In this document: in pieces, positions 29,550 to 37,824 of the stretch
Layout: the number at the start of each line of letters is the position of its first letter
Numbering within the stretch: position 1 is the first letter of the stretch
Assembly: GCA_963841905.1 (NCBI GenBank)
Contig: CAWJEM010000023.1
Location: 984-64,983 of the forward strand
Direction of reading: 5' to 3'
DNA from: an uncultured Acidobacteriota bacterium
GTDB lineage: Bacteria; Acidobacteriota; Vicinamibacteria; Vicinamibacterales; UBA2999
DNA length: 64,000 bases
Program-made: the position numbers and the translations under genes
Notes under the pieces: model-generated
Databases searched by the model: none
The model's input: the letters and a program-made list of their open reading frames with translations, nothing else
Told to the model about the DNA's origin: nothing

Positions 29550-29770
29550 AAGGCCGTCTCGCTACGCTCGACGGAATGGCGGCCTCGCTTCGCTCGGCCG
29601 AAGGCGCTCTCGCTTACGCTCGCGCGACCACGCCTCTCGCCGCGGAGCGGCGCCTTCCGAGGCGCGAAGCGCCGAGGCCGTCCGCTCCGAAGGACCGCCT
29701 TTCCGAGCGAGCGCAGCGAGCGAGGCCCCCGCTCCGAGGGCGCGGCACGCGTTATGATCAAAGGGCTGGT

Positions 29771-30169
29771 ATGCGGCCGCTTGCTTCGTTGATCTGTCTG
29801 CTTTTAGGGACGGCGTGTTCGGATTCGCCGACAGGTCCGACGGTTCCCCTGAACACTGAGTTCGTGCTCGCTCCGGGCAACTCGGCCTTTATCGAAGACG
29901 CGCCTGCGTCCGTTCGCTTCAATCGCGTGACCGGCGATTCGCGCTGCCCTGCGGATGTGGTGTGTATCCAAGGCGGGGACGCGATTGTGAGCGTGACTGT
30001 GACGTCCACGAGCGGATCTCGCGAGCACGAGTTGCATACGGGAACGATGGCACCCGTGCGACACGATGACCTCACCATCACGCTCGTGCAGCTCGCGCCG
30101 TATCCTTTCAGTTCTGGACCAATTCAGCCCAACGACTATCGCGCCACCCTGCGAGTGACGCGGGAATAG
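29771..30169 (+). CDS. Small lipoprotein of unknown function
   Basis: MRPLASLICLLLGTAC lipobox from ATG 29771. The upstream part of ORF 29576.. is a GC-rich repeat region, not protein-like. Confidence 0.6.
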   Translation: MRPLASLICLLLGTACSDSPTGPTVPLNTEFVLAPGNSAFIEDAPASVRFNRVTGDSRCPADVVCIQGGDAIVSVTVTSTSGSREHELHTGTMAPVRHDDLTITLVQLAPYPFSSGPIQPNDYRATLRVTRE

Positions 30170-30263
30170 TCGGCCGCGCTTCGCACGGAAGGCCGCTTCG
30201 CGGAAGGCCTCGGGGATCGTGACTCGGATGGCCGCCCGTCGGGCGGAGGGCCGCTTCGCGGAT

Positions 30264-30389
30264 GGCCTTCGGCCGAACGAAGTGAGGCCGCCTCCGTGCG
30301 AACGAAGTGAGCACGGCCTTCCGCACGAACGGAGTGAGTGCGGCCTTCCGCGCGAACGGAGTGAGCGCGGCCTTCCGGCCGAAGGCCGG
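30264..30389. repeat. Tandem ~27-nt repeat array (about 4.5 units)
   Basis: Units are GGCCTTCCGC(A/G)CGAACG(A/G)AGTGAG(Y)(R)C at 30315-30341 and 30342-30368, plus degenerate units on both sides. It lies between convergent genes (stops at 30169 and 30416). Confidence 0.7.
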
Positions 30390-30415
30390 CCCTCGCCGGC
30401 GCGGAGCGCCGCCGC

Positions 30416-31471
30416 CTACGGGTGCTCCACCGTCTTGTAGTGCTCGCGCAGCAGATCCCGTCCGAAATCGCCGTTGAAGTCGCGCCACACCGAGTGAATG
30501 TGGTTGGCGTCGTTCTGCGTGTTGTCGTACTCGATGAGAAACGTCGGTCCCTGCACCTTGTAGTAGTGCGGTCCGCCGACGTCCATCACGCCCGCCCAGC
30601 CGAACGTGATCTTGTCCATCCCGGCCTTCTGCACGGCATCCACTCGCGCCTTGGCCAGCTCGGGTGAGACGCGACCAAGGTAGACGTCCATCAGCTTTTC
30701 GAGCAGGCGCCGTTGTGCCGGCGACATCGCACTGTACGCGATCGGACCCGGATCGAGCGGCTTGGCTTCGCGATTTTCGCCCGTGATCATCTCGCGTGGC
30801 GCGGCGACGTCGAAGATGGCCTTCGCGCGTTCGGCCTCGCTGAAGGCCGCCATGAGTGCACGACCGGCCTCCTCTTCTTCACGCAGCGCCCGCGTGCCTT
30901 GCTTCGGTCCTTCCTTCACGACGGCGGGGTTTGATCCAAAAAACGAAGGTGAGAATACGACCGGCTTGTCGTCGACGACCGTGAAGTTGACCGAGATGTG
31001 ATGCCCTTCGAACTTCCAGCCCCAAGGCGATTTCCCCGCCGGGTCGCCGTAGATGGAAACGTAGTACAACTCCGGATCGCGCACGATGGCGTTGGCACCC
31101 GTTCGAGCCGGCTCGATCGCCCGCAGTACGGTCTCGAGCTCGATGATGGTGGTGGCCGTCGTGTAGCCACGCACGCTCAGGCCGGTCTTGAGCAGCGCGT
31201 GCGCTTTCGCCCGCTGCGCCTCGCTCATCTCCTTCAGCGGCATGCCCGTGCGCAAGCCCGTGCGCGGAGTGAAGCGGAACTCGAATCGTGTGTCGTCTTC
31301 GAACTTGAAGGTAGCCTTCGACCGCTGCTCGGCAGACAAGTCCTTGAGGAATGACGCGGCCGCGTCGCTCATCGCCCGGGCCGCGGCGGTCGGCGGCGCG
31401 CTCGACAACGTGATGGGGGCGGCGAACACAATCGCTCCGAGGACCACAGTCGCGGGGATGAAACGAGTCAT
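30416..31471 (-). CDS. DUF3500 domain-containing secreted protein
   Basis: MTRFIPATVVLGAIVFAAP signal peptide from ATG 31471, with a GGAGGA RBS. HHISVNFTVV and LIEYDNTQNDANHIHSVWRD are patterns typical of DUF3500. Confidence 0.75.
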   Translation of the reverse strand: MTRFIPATVVLGAIVFAAPITLSSAPPTAAARAMSDAAASFLKDLSAEQRSKATFKFEDDTRFEFRFTPRTGLRTGMPLKEMSEAQRAKAHALLKTGLSVRGYTTATTIIELETVLRAIEPARTGANAIVRDPELYYVSIYGDPAGKSPWGWKFEGHHISVNFTVVDDKPVVFSPSFFGSNPAVVKEGPKQGTRALREEEEAGRALMAAFSEAERAKAIFDVAAPREMITGENREAKPLDPGPIAYSAMSPAQRRLLEKLMDVYLGRVSPELAKARVDAVQKAGMDKITFGWAGVMDVGGPHYYKVQGPTFLIEYDNTQNDANHIHSVWRDFNGDFGRDLLREHYKTVEHP

Positions 31472-31543
31472 ACGCTTCCTCCAGAATCGGGCCACACGCA
31501 GGCGCGCGGGCCCTTGGATCGGCGTAGTATAGCCTCTCATCTC

Positions 31544-32479
31544 GTGAAAACTTTCGCCCTGCTCAGCCTGCTGTTCCCAGCGGTTTTCGCCATTTCGGCG
31601 GGGACAGGGTTAAACCTTGTCCCCGCACAGGTTCAGCCGGACGCGCCCAACGAGTGCGCCGACTGCGCCGAATGGAATCGTCCGCTCGCACCATTCAAGG
31701 TCTTCGGCAACACCTACTACGTCGGGACCGATGGACTGTCGGCGTTGCTCATCAGTGATGAGGCGGGGCTGATCCTCCTCGACGGTGGACTGCCACAGTC
31801 GGCGCCACTCATCGATCAGAACATTCGCGCTCTCGGATTTCGCACCGAGAACGTCCGCTTCATCGGCAACTCTCATGCGCACTACGACCACGCCGGTGGG
31901 ATCGCAGCGTTGCAGCGTGTGAGCAAGGCCATGGTGGCGGCGAGCCCGGCAGGCGCACGCGCGCTCGAACGCGGCGGGCCGACAGACGACGACCCGCAGT
32001 TTGCGTTTGGCAAGTCGCAGTTGTTCCCCGCCGTGAAGGGTGTTCGCGTCATCGCCGAGGGAGAAACGTTGCGCGTCGGCAAAGCGTCGGTGACGGCTCA
32101 TTTCACTCCCGGTCATACGCCGGGCGCCACGACCTGGAGCTGGCAGTCATGCGAGGGCACGCGCTGCCTCAACATCGTGTATGCCGACAGCATCAGCGCC
32201 GTCTCGGCGCCAAACTACCGCTTCACGGCTGGCACGCCGCCGACGGCCGCCGACCGGTTTCGGGAGAGCATCGCCAAGGTCGAGCAGCTGCCCTGCGACA
32301 TTCTCTTTTCGACGCATCCGGCAGCATCGGACATGAAAGGGAAGCTGGCACGCCGACAGACGTCGCCGTCGCCAGACCCGTTTGTCGATAGCGGAAGCTG
32401 CCGCGCGTATGCCGCTGCGGCACGGAAGCGGCTCGAGGGCCGCATCGCCGAAGAAAAGACCAGCGCGCCTAAAGGTTGA
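31544..32479 (+). CDS. Subclass B3 metallo-beta-lactamase-like hydrolase
   Basis: Signal peptide (V/M)[18 protein letters not shown]. Zinc motifs [11 protein letters not shown] (HxHxDH) and HFTPGHTPG. An alternative TTG start lies at 31514. Confidence 0.8.
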   Translation: MKTFALLSLLFPAVFAISAGTGLNLVPAQVQPDAPNECADCAEWNRPLAPFKVFGNTYYVGTDGLSALLISDEAGLILLDGGLPQSAPLIDQNIRALGFRTENVRFIGNSHAHYDHAGGIAALQRVSKAMVAASPAGARALERGGPTDDDPQFAFGKSQLFPAVKGVRVIAEGETLRVGKASVTAHFTPGHTPGATTWSWQSCEGTRCLNIVYADSISAVSAPNYRFTAGTPPTAADRFRESIAKVEQLPCDILFSTHPAASDMKGKLARRQTSPSPDPFVDSGSCRAYAAAARKRLEGRIAEEKTSAPKG

Positions 32480-32483
32480 GTCC

Positions 32484-34007
32484 ATGTCCACGGCACCGGA
32501 TTTCACACGGGCGAGCCTGTTAGACGCACAGCGGTTCGCTCAGTTTCAGAGCTACACGCTGTCCACGTCGTACGACGAGATGTTCGACAGCGACGGTGGG
32601 TCTCGACCACAGTACGACGCGCTGTTCGACCGCCTTCAGGTCATCGACACGCAGGAGATGCGGCAGCGGCAGGCAGCGGCGGATCTGGCGTTCCTCAATC
32701 AGGGAATCACATTCACGGTCTATGGCCAGAACGAAGGTACCGAGCGTATCTTCCCGTACGACCTGATTCCGCGCATCATCACCGCCCCGGAGTGGCAGGT
32801 GCTCGAGCGCGGGCTGATGCAACGCATCACCGCCCTCAATCTGTTCCTGAAAGACATCTATTTCGACGCGCGAATCCTTGCGGATCAAGTCGTTCCTCGC
32901 TCGCTGATTTACAGCTGCAAACACTTCCGCCGCGAGATGCGCGGCGTGCGCGTGCCGAACGACGTCTACGTCTCGGTGGCGGGCACAGACCTCGTGCGAC
33001 TGCCGGATGGCACGTTTGCAGTGCTCGAGGACAACCTGCGCGTGCCGAGCGGTGTCAGCTACATGCTCACCAATCGGCAGGTCATCAAGCGCATCTTTCC
33101 GCTGCTGTTTCGAAGCTACGACGTCCGCCCGGTGGATCACTACGGCCAGATGCTGCTCGCCACGCTGCGCGCTCTCGCTCCCCCGCATCGTCCGGATCCG
33201 ACCATCGTCCTCTTGACACCGGGGATGTTCAACTCGGCGTACTTCGAACATACGTTCCTCGCGCGCCAGATGGGCATTGCGCTGGTTGAGGGCCGCGATC
33301 TTTTCGTCCACGACAACGTCGTCTATATGCGGACGACGGCCGGACCGCAGCGAGTGGACGTGATCTACCGGCGGGTGGACGATGACTTCATCGATCCGCT
33401 GGCGTTTCGCGAAGACTCGACGTTGGGCGTGCCTGGTCTGTTCAACGCGTATCGAGCCGGCACGGTTGCCTTGACCAATGCGATCGGAACCGGAGTGGCC
33501 GACGACAAGGCGGTCTATGCCTACGTCCCAGCCATCATCAAGTACTACCTGAGTGAAGAGCCGATTCTCGCGAACGTTCAGACGTGGGGACTGTCGAACG
33601 AGACCGATCGCAGCTACGTCCTCGAGCGTCTCGACCAGCTCGTGGTCAAGGCCGTCGGCGAATCGGGCGGTTACGGGATGCTGATCGGGCCGCACAGCAC
33701 CGCGGCTGAGCGGGAGGAGTTCCGCCGGCGGATCACCGACGATCCTCGCAACTACATCGCGCAGCCCACGCTGGCGCTGTCCGCGGCGCCGTGCTTCATT
33801 GATGGCGTCATCGAGCCCCGCCACGTCGATCTGCGCCCCTATATCCTTTCCGGTGACAAGGTCGTGATCGTTCCAGGCGGTTTGACCAGGGTCGCGTTGC
33901 GGAAAGGCTCGCTGGTCGTAAACTCGTCGCAGGGTGGCGGCAGCAAGGACACGTGGGTGTTGAACGAACAATTTCCATCGCGCCGATCGATCGCCGGTCG
34001 CGGCTGA
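32484..34007 (+). CDS. Circularly permuted type-2 ATP-grasp protein
   Basis: 507 aa starting [13 protein letters not shown].., 4 nt after the MBL stop. N-terminal [15 protein letters not shown] and C-terminal [10 protein letters not shown] are typical of this family. Confidence 0.8.
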   Translation: MSTAPDFTRASLLDAQRFAQFQSYTLSTSYDEMFDSDGGSRPQYDALFDRLQVIDTQEMRQRQAAADLAFLNQGITFTVYGQNEGTERIFPYDLIPRIITAPEWQVLERGLMQRITALNLFLKDIYFDARILADQVVPRSLIYSCKHFRREMRGVRVPNDVYVSVAGTDLVRLPDGTFAVLEDNLRVPSGVSYMLTNRQVIKRIFPLLFRSYDVRPVDHYGQMLLATLRALAPPHRPDPTIVLLTPGMFNSAYFEHTFLARQMGIALVEGRDLFVHDNVVYMRTTAGPQRVDVIYRRVDDDFIDPLAFREDSTLGVPGLFNAYRAGTVALTNAIGTGVADDKAVYAYVPAIIKYYLSEEPILANVQTWGLSNETDRSYVLERLDQLVVKAVGESGGYGMLIGPHSTAAEREEFRRRITDDPRNYIAQPTLALSAAPCFIDGVIEPRHVDLRPYILSGDKVVIVPGGLTRVALRKGSLVVNSSQGGGSKDTWVLNEQFPSRRSIAGRG

Positions 34008-34015
34008 GGTCTGAG

Positions 34016-34972
34016 ATGCTCTCGAGAGTGGCGGACAGCCTGTACTGGATGGCGCGATATCTCGAACGCGCCGAGCACATCGCGCGGGTCGTCAACGTCA
34101 ATCTCAACGTCACGCTCGATCGGGCGCCTGCCGACGCGGCGCGGCATTGGGGAAGGCTGCTGGTGAGCCTGCCCGACCCGCCAGCGTGGGCGGCACCGGC
34201 GGCGGTCGATCCGCTCGAGCCGGCAACCGTCGACCTGGCCAATCGCGAGTCGATCAGCGCGTGCGTTTCGGCAGCGCGTGAAAACGCACGGCAGGTGCGT
34301 GAAGAGATCAGCTCCGAGATGTGGGAGGAGATCAATCAGCTCTATCTGGCCGTTCAGCGGAAGCAAAACGTCGATTCAGCCTGGACGGCCGGGACGCACG
34401 AATTTCTCACGTCGACGATCGGTGCGATCCATCTCTTTCAAGGCGTCACCGACGCCACGATGACGCATAGTGAGGGCTGGCACTTCATGGAACTGGGCCG
34501 GTATCTCGAACGGGCGAGCGCGACGGCGGCGCTGCTCGACGTTCAGTTTCGCGAATGCACGTGGCAGGCCGATCAATTGGCCGGTGTCAGCGAGTACATT
34601 GAGTGGGTTGGGTTGTTGAAGTCGTGCAGTGCCTTCGAGGCTTACTGCCGGCATTACACCGCTGACGTTCGGCCTTCGAGGATCGCCGAATTCCTCGTGC
34701 TCGATCCCAACTTTCCGCGATCGATCCGATTCGCCGCCGGGCGCATTCACGCGTCCCTCCGGTGCCTCGGCCCTTCCGTGACTGGAACGCGCGCGCAAGC
34801 CGAACGCGTGGCTGGGCGCCTGCTGGCATCGCTCGACTACGCGCACATCGAGGAAGTCATTAGCGATTTGCCCACCTACCTCCAGGGCATCATTCATCAG
34901 GCGGCTGACATCAATCGCGCCGTCCATCAGCAGTACGTCGCTTATCCCATCGACAGCGGGCTGACTGTCTGA
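34016..34972 (+). CDS. Alpha-E domain-containing protein
   Basis: MLSRVADSLYWMARYLERAEHIARV is the characteristic N-terminus. It immediately follows the ATP-grasp gene. Confidence 0.8.
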   Translation: MLSRVADSLYWMARYLERAEHIARVVNVNLNVTLDRAPADAARHWGRLLVSLPDPPAWAAPAAVDPLEPATVDLANRESISACVSAARENARQVREEISSEMWEEINQLYLAVQRKQNVDSAWTAGTHEFLTSTIGAIHLFQGVTDATMTHSEGWHFMELGRYLERASATAALLDVQFRECTWQADQLAGVSEYIEWVGLLKSCSAFEAYCRHYTADVRPSRIAEFLVLDPNFPRSIRFAAGRIHASLRCLGPSVTGTRAQAERVAGRLLASLDYAHIEEVISDLPTYLQGIIHQAADINRAVHQQYVAYPIDSGLTV

Positions 34973-34985
34973 TCCGTACACACCG

Positions 34986-35948
34986 GTGTCTACCCATTAC
35001 ACGATTCGCCATCAGACCCGTTTCAGCTACGCGGCTGCGGTTTACGAAAGCGTCATCGAGTGTCGCATGCGACCAGCCGGCGAAGGACTGCAACGCTGTC
35101 TGCAGTTCGACCTGGATGTGAAACCGGCCGCGCGCGTCTTTGCGTTTCGTGATTTCGCCGGCAACTGGGTCCACCACTTCAACCTTTCGCGGGCACACAC
35201 CGAGTTGCTCGTAACGGCGAGCGCCCAAGTCGAGGTCGAGGCTCCACAATCGCCGCCCTCCCTGTCGATCGACAGCTGGCGCATGGTCGAGGAGTGGAAC
35301 GCCCGCGATCAGCATTGGGATTTCGTGCAACCCAGCCAATTTGCCGACTGGTCGCCGGCGTTGCTTGAATTCGAGCGGTCGGTGTGTTGCGGCGACCGGC
35401 AACACGATCCGCTGACAACCGCGCGTCAGACCATGGCCGCTGTTCACGACGCCTTCGAATACCTTCCCAAGAGCACGCGAGTCGATTCCACGATTGACGA
35501 CGTGCTCACATCGCGACGAGGCGTGTGCCAGGACTTTGCGCATGTGATGCTTGCGGTCCTGCGGCGTCGAGGACTTCCCTGCCGTTATGTGAGCGGCTAC
35601 ATCGCGCCGTCCAGGGAGGACGATGGGATGAGGCGCGCGAGCGCCACGCACGCGTGGGTGGAAGTGCTGCTGCCGGACATCGGGTGGCTGGGCCTGGATC
35701 CCACGCACAACATCGAAGCGGGCATCCGTCATGTTCGCGTCGCCGTCGGTCGGGATTACGCCGACGTCCCACCGACACGCGGCACCTTCAAGGGCGGCGC
35801 GGCCGGGGAGTTGTCGGTGGCGGTGACGATCGACACGACCGATCGCCCGCCATCGGATGCGGCGATGGAGTTCTGGACGGCGTGGCCGGCCTCCTCGCCC
35901 GACGCGGCAGACCGGGCTGACCATCAGGCGCAGCAACAGCAGCAGTAG
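34986..35948 (+). CDS. Transglutaminase-family protein (Cys-His-Asp core)
   Basis: RRGVCQDFAHVMLAVLR..HAWVEV..GLDPTH, with an N-terminal Bact_transglu_N-like region. GTG start. Confidence 0.8.
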   Translation: MSTHYTIRHQTRFSYAAAVYESVIECRMRPAGEGLQRCLQFDLDVKPAARVFAFRDFAGNWVHHFNLSRAHTELLVTASAQVEVEAPQSPPSLSIDSWRMVEEWNARDQHWDFVQPSQFADWSPALLEFERSVCCGDRQHDPLTTARQTMAAVHDAFEYLPKSTRVDSTIDDVLTSRRGVCQDFAHVMLAVLRRRGLPCRYVSGYIAPSREDDGMRRASATHAWVEVLLPDIGWLGLDPTHNIEAGIRHVRVAVGRDYADVPPTRGTFKGGAAGELSVAVTIDTTDRPPSDAAMEFWTAWPASSPDAADRADHQAQQQQQ

Positions 35949-35964
35949 TCCTAAGAGCGTCGCC

Positions 35965-35994
35965 TTGCTGCTCGTGGTGGGCGGCCGGTATAAT
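35965..35994 (+). promoter_or_regulatory. Sigma-70-like promoter for tRNA-Gln
   Basis: TTGCTG (35965-35970), an 18-nt spacer, and a perfect TATAAT (35989-35994), 33 nt upstream of the tRNA. Confidence 0.5.
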
Positions 35995-36026
35995 CAGAGG
36001 CTCCGCACGCCGTTTTGGTTCCTCAC

Positions 36027-36100
36027 TGGGAGGTCGTTCAACGGTAGGACACCGCGCTCTGGACGCGGTTATCGGGGTTCGAATCCCTGCCTCCCAGCCA
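36027..36100 (+). tRNA. tRNA-Gln (anticodon CUG)
   Basis: Hand-folded cloverleaf. Acceptor TGGGAGG/CCTCCCA (U1-A72), D stem GTTC/GGAC, anticodon stem CCGCG/CGCGG with loop CTCTGGA. T arm CGGGG-TTCGAAT-CCCTG, discriminator G, encoded CCA. Length 74 nt. Confidence 0.9.
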
Positions 36101-36107
36101 GACTTCG

Positions 36108-36148
36108 CTCGGCTTCGCCGAGCTTCGTCTAGGCCGGCTTCGCCGGCC
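36108..36148 (+). terminator. Two tandem hairpins downstream of tRNA-Gln
   Basis: CTCGG-CTTCG-CCGAG (36108-36122) and GGCCGG-CTTCG-CCGGCC (36132-36148). Confidence 0.45.
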
Positions 36149-36337
36149 GAGCACGCGAGTCTCCCGCATGCGAAGTCTGTCTCGCCGTAGCCGCGGAGCG
36201 GCGGAGGCGGACCTCTATTTCTGCAAATTGTTCCCGCTTCGAGTTGGCTAGGAATGCGTACGCCGCACGTTGACGGACAGAATCTCGCAGAATCCAACTC
36301 AGTACCGCTGGGATCTGTTCGTGCGTTCTCCAAGCGC

Positions 36338-36619
36338 ATGACCACAGATTCGCTGAGATTCGTGTACGTCCTGCGGAGCGAGTCGGACCCAGCTCGCCAC
36401 TATGTTGGGATCACGGCACGCATGGATGGCCGCCTTGAATGGCATAACGGTGGACCGTGCGGCTACACCAAAGCGCACCGGCCGTGGCGCCTCGTCGTTC
36501 AACTCGAGTTCGCCGACGAGCGAACGGCGCGCCGCTTCGAGCGGTATCTCAAGACCGGCTCCGGCCGCGCCTTTGCCAAACGGCACTTCGCACCAGGCAT
36601 ACAATCCGAAGACGCGTGA
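36338..36619 (+). CDS. GIY-YIG nuclease-domain protein
   Basis: FVYVLRSESDPARHYVGITARMDGRLEWHN..ERTARRFERYLKTGSGRAF matches the GIY..YVG..R..H..E pattern. ATG at 36338. Confidence 0.7.
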   Translation: MTTDSLRFVYVLRSESDPARHYVGITARMDGRLEWHNGGPCGYTKAHRPWRLVVQLEFADERTARRFERYLKTGSGRAFAKRHFAPGIQSEDA

Positions 36620-36692
36620 GGAGTCGTAAATGATGAGCCACCTTTCATTCTCGGCGTTGATCCGCGGGAACGCGCCCTGCGTACCCACCGAC

Positions 36693-36780
36693 ATGACTAC
36701 CAATCGCGGCCCCTTACGACTCGTCTAGATCCTGCGGAGCGAGTCAAACCCCGGAACGCCACTACAGCGCACGACTGACG
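36693..36780 (+). pseudogene. Decayed 5' fragment of a second GIY-YIG gene
   Basis: ATGACTACCAATCG..TAG ATCCTGCGGAGCGAGTCAAACC parallels ATGACCACAGATTC..TAC GTCCTGCGGAGCGAGTCGGACC of the intact gene, with an in-frame TAG. Confidence 0.5.
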
Positions 36781-36957
36781 CTTACACCGAATGCCCGGGC
36801 GAGGCTCGGCCGAGTTCGATGGCGTAATTCACTCTGGATCGGCGCTCCAGCAGTCGAATCGTTGCATCGACAGCAGTAGTGAGTTCGAGCTAGCTCGTCA
36901 AAAGGAAAGGCTATCGCGCGAGCCAGGACGTGCCCGCAACGCAGCTCGTGTAATGAA

Positions 36958-37368
36958 GTGCCTGGCGGGTCACTGTTGCCGACCGGTCAGCAGCGTACCG
37001 ACATTTCCACACGAGGCCCGACCGCAAAAGGTCGTCGGCCTGCGAATACCAGCAGTTTCCGACCGCAAGACCGAGAGAGCCGCGACATCATTCTCGGCGG
37101 GCCCGACGGCGGAGCACCTCCGGGTGGTCCTCCGAACAGCGACATCATGTTCGGAGGGCCCGGGAATGATGTGAATCTCTGGGCGCCAGGTGACGGGAGC
37201 GAGGCGTTCGTCGGCGGGACGGGACGCGACGCCCTCATTTTTGGCTCGACCGATCGCGAGTCCGTTCCCGATCCGACCACCGGAGTTCGATTGCCTACCC
37301 TCGTGTTCGGCGTGCCAGGGTTTCCGCAGGGCACAGCCAGGACGGCTCAATCGCATTTGCGGATCTGA
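36958..37368 (+). pseudogene. Possible fragment of a calcium-binding (RTX-type GGxGxD repeat) protein
   Basis: ..DIILGGPDGG..IMFGGPGNDVNLWAPGDGSEAFVGGTGRDALIFG.. There is no convincing N-terminus or signal peptide, and the surrounding DNA is rich in stops. Confidence 0.3.
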
Positions 37369-37824
37369 CACAAAAGCTCCCCTGCCTTTGTTGGCGTTTC
37401 ACAGCAAGAGGTCGAGAACTTGAATGCACTGGTAGGTGCGATGGTTCGATGAGCATCGTCGACTGATGCTGCGTGTCGGTTATTCAACGCCGACACGCGG
37501 CACACGATGCCAAGATCGCTCGCATCCGTAAGCCGCATTCGGCGCAGCAACCGTCACGCTGCGTATCGAGAGCTGTGCTCGGAAAGACCGCTTCATCCTT
37601 GACGTGCTCCGTCAGGCCGGCTGACGCACGATCGGCTCGCCAGAATCGAGCGCGCGAATCTGGGATAAAGCTGAGGAACCTGAAGGTGAGGGACGCAGTC
37701 GGAAGGTGAGGCCCGGAGGACCAGGATGGGATGACGGACGTCAATCCCACTATTAGTATCCCTCACACCACCGCACTCTTCAAGACTGTTTGTTGGCCTG
37801 CAGGACGGGTATCATCGCCGGCCC

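Noticed and set aside
29576-29770. N-terminal extension of the lipoprotein ORF (197-aa version)
   Set aside because: This part translates GC-rich repeat DNA (SLRSAEGALAYARATTPLAAERRLPRREAPRP..). A lipobox-containing signal peptide begins at ATG 29771.
30264-30389. Possible CRISPR array
   Set aside because: The ~27-nt units are contiguous with no unique spacers, degenerate towards both ends, and no cas genes are in the window.
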